From: Synechococcales cyanobacterium VAR_4_metabat_354
GTDB lineage: Bacteria; Cyanobacteriota; Cyanobacteriia; Cyanobacteriales; Chamaesiphonaceae
DNA: 64,000 nt
NCBI GenBank assembly: GCA_031414775.1
Contig: JANOQI010000048.1
Coordinates: 1 to 64,000, forward strand
Reading direction: 5' to 3'
Of this stretch, positions 53,132 to 61,856 are shown one piece after another; position 1 is the first letter of the stretch; the number at the start of each line of letters is the position of its first letter. The position numbers and the translations under genes were made by a program. The notes under the pieces are model-generated. The model worked only from the letters and a program-made list of their open reading frames with translations, was not told the DNA's origin and did no database searches.

Positions 53132-54946
53132 TTAAAAGTTACTGTAGTTATTCAAGGCTTGGAGCAGTCGATCGTGCACCGTGGCGACGGGCATCGCCCC
53201 TAGTTCCCCATCAGCACGGGTGCGAATGCTGACGGTGCGGTTCTCCACTTCATTAGCACCAATTACGCCGACCACCGGAATCTTGGATTTCTCGGCATTG
53301 CGAATCATCTTGCCTAAGCGCTCGTTACTGTTATCAACTTCAGCCCGCACTCCAACTGCTAGTAGTTGTTGACAAACTTCTTGGGCAAAAGGGGCAAAGT
53401 CGTGCGCCACTGGTACCAAACGCACTTGAACTGGTGCTAGCCACAGCGGGAAATCGCCAGCATATTCTTCAATCAAAATGCCAATCAGTCGTTCTAAGGA
53501 ACCAAATGGTGCCCGGTGAATCATTACTGGTCGCTGGCGGCTGCTGTCTTCAGAAACATATTCCAATTCAAAGCGTTCTGGCAAGTTATAGTCTACCTGA
53601 ACAGTACCGAGCTGCCATTCCCGCTCTAGGACATCTTGGAAAATAAAGTCGAGCTTGGGTCCATAGAATGCCGCCTCGCCAATGCCTTCAAAATGATCCA
53701 GACCGAGGGTTTCTACTGCCCGCCGAATGGCACCCTGGGCTTTTTCCCAAGCATCATCAGAGCCGATATATTTATCTTTCAGCTCGGGATCGCGGAAGCT
53801 CAATCTGGCTTTGAATTTTTTCAAATTCAGGGCTTTGAATACCTGTAAAATCAAATCCACCACATTCAAGAACTCAGCATCTAATTGCTCAGGCGTGACA
53901 AACAAGTGGGAATCATCCACCGTAAAGCCCCGCACCCGAGTTAGACCACCTAATTCGCCAGACTGTTCATAGCGATAAACCGTGCCAAACTCGGCCAACC
54001 GCATTGGTAATTCCCGATAGGAACGTAGCTCATTCTTATAGATTTGAATATGAAAAGGACAGTTCATCGGTTTTATCACAAAGCCCTGCTCTGCTGCCTT
54101 AGCCGCTTCGTCCTCGGCCATCATCGGAAACATGTCTTCTTGGTACTTTTGCCAGTGCCCAGAAATTTTAAACAGATCGACCTTGGCAATATGTGGCGTG
54201 ACCACTTGGAGATAGCCGCGTTTCACCTGTTCTTTTTTTAAGAAATCTTCTAGGGTCGATCGCAAGATCGTGCCCTTTGGAGTCCAGAGCGGCAGCCCCG
54301 CCCCCACCGAGTCTGAGAAGATGAACAGACCAAGCTCTTTACCTAATTTGCGATGATCACGCTTCAGGGCTTCTTCCTTGCGGCGCTTATACTCGGCCAG
54401 CTGTTCGGGAGTTTCCCAGGCGGTGCCATAGATGCGTTGGAGTTGGGCTTTGGTTTCATCGCCGCGCCAGTAGGCTCCGGCCACGCTTTCTAGTTCGATC
54501 GCCTTTGGATTTAACTCACCAGTATTTTCTACATGGGGACCAGCACACAGATCCCACCATTTATCGCCCAAATGATAGATGGTAATCGGTTCGGTTTTAA
54601 TATCAGCCAGTATTTCAGCTTTGTAAGGCTCATTAATTTCTTGAATCCGCGCCGCCGCCGCTTCCCGTGTGACTTCTTCTCGGATTACTGGCAGTTTTTG
54701 GTTGATGATCTTGATCATTTCCTTTTTGATGGACTTCAAATCCGCTTCCGTAAAAGCTTCAGGCACGTCAAAATCGTAATAAAAACCGTTATCAATCCAG
54801 GGTCCGATTGTCACCTGCGCTTTGGGGAAAAGCTTTTGCACCGCCATTGCCATTACATGGGAGGTGGTATGTCTAATTTTCTTAAGACTATCGGACTCGT
54901 TAGTCTTGGGTAGATAGATTGATTCTGGCTGGTCAGCAATAGACAT
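53132..54946 (-). CDS. thrS: Threonine--tRNA ligase
   Basis: [47 protein letters not shown]; start at MSIADQ. Confidence 0.98.
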   Translation of the reverse strand: MSIADQPESIYLPKTNESDSLKKIRHTTSHVMAMAVQKLFPKAQVTIGPWIDNGFYYDFDVPEAFTEADLKSIKKEMIKIINQKLPVIREEVTREAAAARIQEINEPYKAEILADIKTEPITIYHLGDKWWDLCAGPHVENTGELNPKAIELESVAGAYWRGDETKAQLQRIYGTAWETPEQLAEYKRRKEEALKRDHRKLGKELGLFIFSDSVGAGLPLWTPKGTILRSTLEDFLKKEQVKRGYLQVVTPHIAKVDLFKISGHWQKYQEDMFPMMAEDEAAKAAEQGFVIKPMNCPFHIQIYKNELRSYRELPMRLAEFGTVYRYEQSGELGGLTRVRGFTVDDSHLFVTPEQLDAEFLNVVDLILQVFKALNLKKFKARLSFRDPELKDKYIGSDDAWEKAQGAIRRAVETLGLDHFEGIGEAAFYGPKLDFIFQDVLEREWQLGTVQVDYNLPERFELEYVSEDSSRQRPVMIHRAPFGSLERLIGILIEEYAGDFPLWLAPVQVRLVPVAHDFAPFAQEVCQQLLAVGVRAEVDNSNERLGKMIRNAEKSKIPVVGVIGANEVENRTVSIRTRADGELGAMPVATVHDRLLQALNNYSNF

Positions 54947-55125
54947 TGGAGCGAGATTCCCTGCAACTTTAAATCCAGTATCTATTCTAACCTCTCTGGC
55001 CAGATCTCTAAATCTCTGGTTAGCACTGAACCGGTAGATCAAAAGATACTGATCGGCAGCCATCATTTTAAGAATTGTAAAAAAGGTTAGAATATGACCT
55101 AATAACAATCGCCATATTAAATGCA

Positions 55126-55458
55126 ATGCCTCCCTCTCATCCCTCCGAACAAGATTTGCTAAAAACTATACTCCAACCACTCTTGGAAGATTTTAAACAT
55201 TGGTTTTCTCGATCGATCAGTTTATTAGAAAGCGAGCGAATTAGTTTTTTAAGTGAATCCGAGCAAAACGAACTACTAGCTGAGGTCAAAAATGCCTGCC
55301 AAGAAGTTAGCGTGGCGCAAATGCTCTTTAATGCCACCGATAGTCAAGTAGGCATTGAACCTAGTACCATGCTGACATGGCATAAAATAGTAGGAGAATG
55401 TTGGCGAGTTGCGACGTTATTTCGCCAGCTCCAGTCAGCCAAGGCAGATCAAGGTTAG
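55126..55458 (+). CDS. DUF2605 family protein
   Basis: LLKTILQPLLEDF..WF.RS, WH..V.ECW.V. Confidence 0.8.
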   Translation: MPPSHPSEQDLLKTILQPLLEDFKHWFSRSISLLESERISFLSESEQNELLAEVKNACQEVSVAQMLFNATDSQVGIEPSTMLTWHKIVGECWRVATLFRQLQSAKADQG

Positions 55459-55495
55459 ACCAGCTTCACAATTACCAAAATAACTATCTTTAAAT

Positions 55496-55798
55496 ATGCT
55501 CCACATCCTTTACCTAATCGCATTTACTATTTTGGCGTTTTTGGCGATCGGCAATCTGATCAGGAACTTGGTGCAGTTCAGTGTAGATTCTCAGCGCTAC
55601 TATGCCCCCACCCAGGCCATGCAGCAGCAATCAGCCCCTCATCCGGAGCTACTGGACGAGGCTGGTCGTCTGACCAATGAACCATTGCTGGTGATGAAGT
55701 CTATTACTGTTGATGAGGCTCGCGCTCGTCTGGATGCCCTCTATAACGATTTGCCCAGCTACAATAGCTCATCCGATACCGAAGAAAGTGCTAGCTAG
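55496..55798 (+). CDS. DUF2973 family protein
   Basis: MLHILY..AF..LA.LA..NLIR, HPELLD..G....EPLLVM. Confidence 0.8.
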   Translation: MLHILYLIAFTILAFLAIGNLIRNLVQFSVDSQRYYAPTQAMQQQSAPHPELLDEAGRLTNEPLLVMKSITVDEARARLDALYNDLPSYNSSSDTEESAS

Positions 55799-56475
55799 GC
55801 AGACACATTAGAGGCTGCTAACTTGCTCAAAATATCAACCCACTGGTAACCAGCTAAGCTCGGCAGCACTAAATCGGCGAAACTCAGTCTCTCTGGCGGA
55901 CCAACTCCTACTACCTTCATCCCAGCCGCTAGTGCGGCCAATACACCAGCAGCAGCATCTTCAAAGACCAAACAATGCGCTGGTTCTACCTGAAGTAGAG
56001 CGGCGGCTTTTAGAAAAACATCTGGAGCTGGTTTAAACTTAGTAACGCTGTGACCATCAGCGACTTGCTCAAATAGGTGCCGAACTTCTAAGCGCTGGAG
56101 TACAAATTCGGCATTCTTACTGGAAGAACCTAAAGCAATCCGAATTTGTTGGGCTTGTAGTTCAGCTAGCAAATCAGCTACTCCGGGCAGAAGTTGACTA
56201 CTATCTAAGGATTTAACTAGTTCGAGATAATAACTATTTTTGCGATCGAGCATGTCCTGCTTCAGCTCAGCACTAATGATCCGATCGCCTAGCAACCGAT
56301 TTACGCTATCTTCCCGATTCATCCCCAAAATTTGTTCGTACTTAGACTTATTAAAGGGAATACCTTGATCATCAGCGACCTGTTGCCAAGAGCGATAATG
56401 CAGATCGATCGTATCCGCTAAAACACCATCCAGGTCAAAAATAACCGCAGCAATCTGGGGCATTGTCTCAGGCAT
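55795..56475 (-). CDS. HAD hydrolase, beta-phosphoglucomutase family
   Basis: FDLDGV.ADT, SSSKNA, KPAPDVF, FEDA.AGV. Confidence 0.9.
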   Translation of the reverse strand: MPETMPQIAAVIFDLDGVLADTIDLHYRSWQQVADDQGIPFNKSKYEQILGMNREDSVNRLLGDRIISAELKQDMLDRKNSYYLELVKSLDSSQLLPGVADLLAELQAQQIRIALGSSSKNAEFVLQRLEVRHLFEQVADGHSVTKFKPAPDVFLKAAALLQVEPAHCLVFEDAAAGVLAALAAGMKVVGVGPPERLSFADLVLPSLAGYQWVDILSKLAASNVSA

Positions 56476-56923
56476 AAACCAATTCAGGGGTGAGTTTTTC
56501 CCAGCGAAAATAGCGTTCGCCTCCCAATTCCACAATCACTTTCACTTGAGGTATCAGCTGCGGCAAAGTAGACAAATATCCCAGCTCTTCCCCTGACAAA
56601 ATGTGTCCATCCACCAACCATAGAACCAGACCTTTGGAAGTAGCTGGCAAATAGTCCAGCTGGGTTTGGATGACTGGTGGCACATGATAAACGCGGATGT
56701 CTTTTTTGCCTAGGTGTGCCGGACGCACCGTATGAATACCGGTCAAAAATGCTGATAGATCGCCCAGACCCCGAGCCAGCAATCTACTACTATCATAGCC
56801 AGTAGCCCTCAGCCGCCGCTGATAGCGACCTTCATAACCACCTTCTAGAGGGGAGTAGACCCCTAAAGAACCATGCTGTTCTAAGTCGCGGATGAATGAT
56901 TTACCAGTTGTTAGTAATGGCAC
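56468..56923 (-). CDS. ndhN: NAD(P)H-quinone oxidoreductase subunit N
   Basis: PLEGGYEGRYQRRLRA.GY, ARGLGD, RPAHLGK, KGLVLW. Confidence 0.95.
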   Translation of the reverse strand: MPLLTTGKSFIRDLEQHGSLGVYSPLEGGYEGRYQRRLRATGYDSSRLLARGLGDLSAFLTGIHTVRPAHLGKKDIRVYHVPPVIQTQLDYLPATSKGLVLWLVDGHILSGEELGYLSTLPQLIPQVKVIVELGGERYFRWEKLTPELVYA

Positions 56924-57006
56924 GGTTTGACCTTTTTTCTCGATGTAGAGCTGACGTAGTAATCTGCAAAATCTTCTAGCCTACATTATGCCATCTGCGC
57001 TGGCTC

Positions 57007-57035
57007 TTGACAGGATCAGGTAGAGATTTTATGAT
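57007..57035 (+). promoter_or_regulatory. Sigma70-type promoter of tRNA-Leu
   Basis: TTGACA-N17-TATGAT. Confidence 0.8.
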
Positions 57036-57061
57036 GGAAACCTTGGTTAAAGCAACCATTT

Positions 57062-57145
57062 GCAGGACTGGCGGAATTGGTAGACGCGCTAGATTCAGGT
57101 TCTAGTGTTCGCAAGGACTTCCGAGTTCGAGTCTCGGGTTCTGCA
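57062..57145 (+). tRNA. tRNA-Leu(CAG)
   Basis: GCAGGAC...CTAGA-TTCAGGT-TCTAG, long variable arm, CCGAG-TTCGAGT-CTCGG, GTTCTGCA. Confidence 0.97.
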
Positions 57146-57160
57146 CTTCATTCAAGCAAC

Positions 57161-57202
57161 AAAATAGGAGGACAGGTACATAACCTGTCCTCCTATTTTT
57201 TT
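57161..57202. terminator. Bidirectional intrinsic terminator
   Basis: AAAATAGGAGGACAGGT-ACATA-ACCTGTCCTCCTATTTT between the convergent tRNA-Leu and wzc-like genes. Confidence 0.9.
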
Positions 57203-57227
57203 AACTACCCATCAATGAGTGTCTTCA

Positions 57228-59450
57228 TTAATTAGTAATATTATTTTTAGTTTCATCCACTAACACCGCAGTGATCGTCGTCGGAGTATGGTCTGTACCG
57301 TTAGTACTGTAGTAGTAATCCTTAAAACGTTTGCCAGGATCTACCTTGACATCATTAAGAACCATGCCCAAAACATTTTGGCCAGACTGAGTCAGAATCT
57401 CATTACAGGTATCGATCGAATCCTTATCAGCCACCCCAGGACGACAGACAAAAACAAGACCATTAGATTGTTTCGAGAGAATTGTGGCATCCGCCGCTAC
57501 AGTCAATGGTGGCGCATCAATAATCACCACATCGAAATCTCTTGACCATTCTGCTATTAAAACGCCCATCTGTGATGAATCGATTAAAGCAACTGGGTTA
57601 GGTGGAATGACACCAGCTGTCAACAGATACAAATTGGGATCTAGTTCAATAACCGCATCCTCAAAACTGATTTGCCCTGTCAGCACACTACTTAAACCAA
57701 CATTGGGATCTTGGCGCCAAATGCGATGTTGAGATGGCTTCCGCATATCAGCATCAACCAAAAGCACTCTCCGACCTAGCTCTGATGTGACAATTGCTAG
57801 GTTAGCTGCGACCGTGGATTTGCCTTCCCGAGGCCGAGAACTAGACATCACCAATACTTTGACTTGATTGTCAGCATTGAGGAAACGCAAATTGGTTTGC
57901 AGTGAGCGAAATGCTTCTTTTTCCATATCGCTACCAGCATTCTTGTGAATCGACTTATGCAAGTTAGTCGATTGGCCAAACAGCAATTTGGTAGTAACGA
58001 TTAGGTCTTTCTGCTCAAATCCAGGAATAATACCCAAAACTGGAAATTCTGGTAACAAATCACGAGCTTCTTGAGCCGTTTTAATTCGTCGATCAAAACT
58101 ATCCAAGACAAAAGCTGTGGCCGCACCCAAAATCAGTCCTAAAAGTACTCCGACACTGATACTTTGCTCCAACTTCGCTGAAATTTTCTCATTCTCGCCC
58201 GGCAGAGTCGCTGGTACCACCACCGATACATTTCCAGTATTTTGGTTTTCAGCAATTTTAAACTCTTGTAACCGAGCTAAAAGTGTCTTGTAGGTGGTCA
58301 CCGACACTTCTACACCCCTGCCCAAATCCCGCATCTGTTGTTCTAGCTGGGGAAGTTTTTGAATTCTGCTGCTATAGCCAGCTGCTACAGACTTTAGTGA
58401 TTCCAGCTTTTTCTCTAGACTACTCTTCTCTGCAACCGCTTTTGCATAATCAGAAATCATCGATTCCTGAATCCCTTTGGATTGCAAATCTACGATTTGA
58501 CTTTGGTTGCGACCGCCAATCAAAGTTCCTTTGATGCGCTTTTGAAGATCGGCTTTCAGAGCCTGTTCTTTGGCTTGTAGGTCTTGAATATTAGGACTAT
58601 TATCTGTGAAGCGAGCACGCTCCTCTACCAATTTTTTTTGGACTGCTTGTAGGGACACCAGCGAATCTCTGACCCCAGGTGTCTCACTCACTAAACCGAT
58701 GCGGGTATTAGTTTGAACATCAACGCCCAAAACTTCTTGCATTCTTCCCACTCGGGCAGATTCAGCCGATAGCTCACCTTGAGCAGTGGTAATTTCTTTA
58801 CTAAGTTCAGTAAAGATTTCCACTGACTTGGTAGCTTCAGCAGTGAGATCCACTACGCCTTCTTTCTCTCTGAATAATCGGAGATTATTCTCAGCTTTTC
58901 TTACCTTTGCTTCTACTTCTGGCAATTGTTGCTCGACAAAAGACCGAGCAGCTCTGGTGTCCGATCGCTGGGCATTTAAGTCTCTTTGCACGTACAAAGA
59001 TATAACTTTATTTATTACCTGCTGGTTTGTTTCTCGGTTAGGACCTTGATAAGAGACTTCCAAAATCTCAGTTCCTTTGACATTGGCCACCTTGAAATTA
59101 GCAGCGAATTGTTCAGGTGTCATCGGCTCACCTTTACGATCCTTCAACTGTAGAGAATTGATCGTATCTTGCATAATTGGCAAGGATTTTACAACTTCTA
59201 CTTGAGTGCTCATCGGATTATTCAGAGCACTATCAGCACCACCGCCAGTCAAATTCTCTATCTTGGATAGTCCTTCCAATAAACCAGACGATTTAGTAGA
59301 CTTCTTGATCTGTACTTGTGCTTTAGATTGATAATTCGGTGGCTGGCGAATAGCATATATGGTCACAAGCAAAGTGGTAAACGCCAGTACCAGAGATGCT
59401 GGTAACCAACGTCTTCTCAAGATTAAGCTATATCGTAAGATTTCTTCCAT
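57228..59450 (-). CDS. Polysaccharide co-polymerase / tyrosine autokinase (Wzc/GumC family)
   Basis: Wzz-type N-terminus, coiled coil, EAFRSLQTNL, SSRPREGKS, VDADMRKP, IIDAPP, terminal YYY. Confidence 0.93.
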   Translation of the reverse strand: MEEILRYSLILRRRWLPASLVLAFTTLLVTIYAIRQPPNYQSKAQVQIKKSTKSSGLLEGLSKIENLTGGGADSALNNPMSTQVEVVKSLPIMQDTINSLQLKDRKGEPMTPEQFAANFKVANVKGTEILEVSYQGPNRETNQQVINKVISLYVQRDLNAQRSDTRAARSFVEQQLPEVEAKVRKAENNLRLFREKEGVVDLTAEATKSVEIFTELSKEITTAQGELSAESARVGRMQEVLGVDVQTNTRIGLVSETPGVRDSLVSLQAVQKKLVEERARFTDNSPNIQDLQAKEQALKADLQKRIKGTLIGGRNQSQIVDLQSKGIQESMISDYAKAVAEKSSLEKKLESLKSVAAGYSSRIQKLPQLEQQMRDLGRGVEVSVTTYKTLLARLQEFKIAENQNTGNVSVVVPATLPGENEKISAKLEQSISVGVLLGLILGAATAFVLDSFDRRIKTAQEARDLLPEFPVLGIIPGFEQKDLIVTTKLLFGQSTNLHKSIHKNAGSDMEKEAFRSLQTNLRFLNADNQVKVLVMSSSRPREGKSTVAANLAIVTSELGRRVLLVDADMRKPSQHRIWRQDPNVGLSSVLTGQISFEDAVIELDPNLYLLTAGVIPPNPVALIDSSQMGVLIAEWSRDFDVVIIDAPPLTVAADATILSKQSNGLVFVCRPGVADKDSIDTCNEILTQSGQNVLGMVLNDVKVDPGKRFKDYYYSTNGTDHTPTTITAVLVDETKNNITN

Positions 59451-59757
59451 GAGTAAATTAGAATTGGGGTTAGTTGGAAATTAGTGCTGTTGAAGATTTA
59501 CTGGAATCCTCATAAAATGAATTCCATGCTACTCTCCAACCTTGATTATATCTAAAGACTTTGATGATCTACATCATGTATGTGGCTGATCCCAAAATTT
59601 AGTCGGCAAATTAGGGTGAGCCGTCAGCGGCTTAGCCCAACCGCTTGTAACTGTGTTTTTTTGTTAATTTCTTGCAAAGAAAAAACTCTCAGACTGGATG
59701 ATGAGCGGAAGATATATTTGACTCAATTCTTCACACAATTATAAAAAGGCATATCAA

Positions 59758-60813
59758 ATGACTGGTGATAATCAAACTCCTTTGCTTTTACGTGCGGCTC
59801 GGGGGGAAACAGTCGAACGTACTCCTGTGTGGATGATGCGTCAAGCTGGCCGCTACATGAAGGTCTATCGCGATTTGCGAGAAAAGTATCCTTCATTTCG
59901 CGATAGGTCAGAAATCCCCGAGGTAGCGATCGAGGTTTCCCTACAACCATGGAAAGCATTTCAGCCAGATGGCGTGATTCTATTTTCAGATATTGTTACC
60001 CCTCTGCCAGGTTTGGGGATTGATATGGACATCGCCGAAGGGAAAGGACCGATTATTCACGCACCGCTGCGCACTGCTGCCCAAATCGAGGCTTTGCACC
60101 CCCTTGAACCATCGGAGACCATGCCGTTCATCCAAACAATTCTGAAATCTTTGCGGCAAGAAGTTGGTAACAAAGCGACGGTGCTAGGCTTTGTTGGCGC
60201 ACCTTGGACGCTCGCCGCTTATGCAGTGGAAGGTAAAGGATCGAAGAATTACGAGACGATCAAAGGAATGGCTTTTAGCGAGCCGGCTCTCTTGCACAAG
60301 TTACTATCCAAAATTGCCGATGCGATCGCAGTGTACGTGCGTTATCAAATCGACAGCGGCGCTCAAGTAGTCCAAATGTTCGATTCCTGGGCGGGTTACC
60401 TTAGTCCTCAAGACTATGCTGTTTTTGCCTTGCCCTACCAACAACAGGTATTTAGACAGGTGAAAGAAACTCACCCCGATACACCATTGATTTTACTGGT
60501 GACTGGCAGCGGCGGCATCCTAGAAATGATGGGTGAATCTGGTTGTGATATGGTCAGCCTGGACTGGACTGTAGATATGGCAGTCGGTCGCCAACGCATT
60601 GGCGCTCACATTGGCGCTCAAGGCAATATGGACCCTTGCGCCCTCTATGCACCACAGAGTTTTATTCAGGAGCGCATTCTAGACACCATGCGGAAGGCCG
60701 GTAGCCATAAACATATTATGAATTTGGGTCATGGGGTTTTACCAACAACACCCGAAGACAATGTGCGGTTCTTCTTTGAGACTGCCAAAAATGCTAAGGC
60801 TTTGATGGGTTAA
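59758..60813 (+). CDS. hemE: Uroporphyrinogen decarboxylase
   Basis: [31 protein letters not shown]. Confidence 0.98.
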   Translation: MTGDNQTPLLLRAARGETVERTPVWMMRQAGRYMKVYRDLREKYPSFRDRSEIPEVAIEVSLQPWKAFQPDGVILFSDIVTPLPGLGIDMDIAEGKGPIIHAPLRTAAQIEALHPLEPSETMPFIQTILKSLRQEVGNKATVLGFVGAPWTLAAYAVEGKGSKNYETIKGMAFSEPALLHKLLSKIADAIAVYVRYQIDSGAQVVQMFDSWAGYLSPQDYAVFALPYQQQVFRQVKETHPDTPLILLVTGSGGILEMMGESGCDMVSLDWTVDMAVGRQRIGAHIGAQGNMDPCALYAPQSFIQERILDTMRKAGSHKHIMNLGHGVLPTTPEDNVRFFFETAKNAKALMG

Positions 60814-60826
60814 ATCTGCTCAATCA

Positions 60827-60878
60827 AAATTTTAAGGGCAGTGGGTTTCGACTACGTTCAACCCACTGCCCTTAAAAT
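60827..60878. terminator. Long inverted repeat / terminator after hemE
   Basis: ATTTTAAGGGCAGTGGGTT...AACCCACTGCCCTTAAAAT, 19-bp perfect arms. Confidence 0.8.
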
Positions 60879-60905
60879 GTTTTTACTGTCTTCTTTATTT
60901 TTGCT

Positions 60906-61856
60906 ATGCGTATTCTGGTGACTGGGGCAAGCGGCGGTGTTGGTCATTATGTCAGTGAGACATTTATCAACAACACCGATCATGAGTTGTTTTTGATGAT
61001 GCGCAGCCCAGCCAAATTTCAGCTAGATCCTCAAGTCCGAGCCGGGGTGAACATTGTCACTGCCGATATGAAGCAGATTGGCGATCAAGCAGCGCTGTTA
61101 CAAACGATCGATGTGGCAATCTTGACGGCAGCTAGTTGGGGTGGCCAAGATGCCTTTGATGTGAATTATACCAAGACCCACGAGTTACTCAGCTTGCTTA
61201 ATCCCCAGGTTTGTCAGCAGGTCATTTATTTCTCTACGGCGAGTGTTTTGAATCGCCAGAATCAGCTTCTACCAGAGGCCGGTCAGATTGGCACCGACTA
61301 TATCAAGTCCAAGTATCAGTGCTTTTCGACTTTAGGTGAGTTGGCGATCGCCGATCGTATCACTACTGTATTTCCGACGCTGGTGCTGGGCGGCGACGAA
61401 AATAAGCCCTATTCTTTCCTCTCCGCCGACTTACCAGATGTGACCAAATATGCTGGATTGCTACGCTGGATTAAGGCCGAGGGCAGCTTTCACTTTATCC
61501 ATGGTCAAGATATTGCCGCAGTGGTACGTTATTTAGTGGAGCATCCCGAAGTTGCGGATAAGTACGATCGCAAGGTGGTGATGGGTAATCAGCAAGTGAT
61601 GGTAGAAAAGGGAATTCAAGAAATTTGTGCTTATTTGGGCAAACCGGTAATTTTCCAAGTGCCTTTATCGATCGCCCTCATTAATTTGGTAATTAAGGTC
61701 TTCAGAATTCAAATGGCTGAGTGGGATTATTTCTGTTTGCAAAACCGCCATGAAATTCATTCACCGATTGTTAGTCCGGCCACCTTCGGTCTGCCGGTTT
61801 ATGCCGCCACCCTCAGCGAGGTACTGAGTACTAGAGGTATTAAGCAAGTAGCCTAG
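60906..61856 (+). CDS. NAD-dependent epimerase/dehydratase family protein
   Basis: ILVTGASGGVG, YFSTAS, YIKSK, FHFIH..DIA. Confidence 0.9.
   Translation: MRILVTGASGGVGHYVSETFINNTDHELFLMMRSPAKFQLDPQVRAGVNIVTADMKQIGDQAALLQTIDVAILTAASWGGQDAFDVNYTKTHELLSLLNPQVCQQVIYFSTASVLNRQNQLLPEAGQIGTDYIKSKYQCFSTLGELAIADRITTVFPTLVLGGDENKPYSFLSADLPDVTKYAGLLRWIKAEGSFHFIHGQDIAAVVRYLVEHPEVADKYDRKVVMGNQQVMVEKGIQEICAYLGKPVIFQVPLSIALINLVIKVFRIQMAEWDYFCLQNRHEIHSPIVSPATFGLPVYAATLSEVLSTRGIKQVA

Noticed and set aside
54947..55126. N-terminal extension or T-box leader of thrS
   Set aside because: The extension is not ThrRS-like and spans the divergent promoter region; no T-box motif seen.
60598..60621. 12-bp tandem repeat in hemE (IGAHIGAQ)
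   Set aside because: Short in-frame coincidence in a variable loop.
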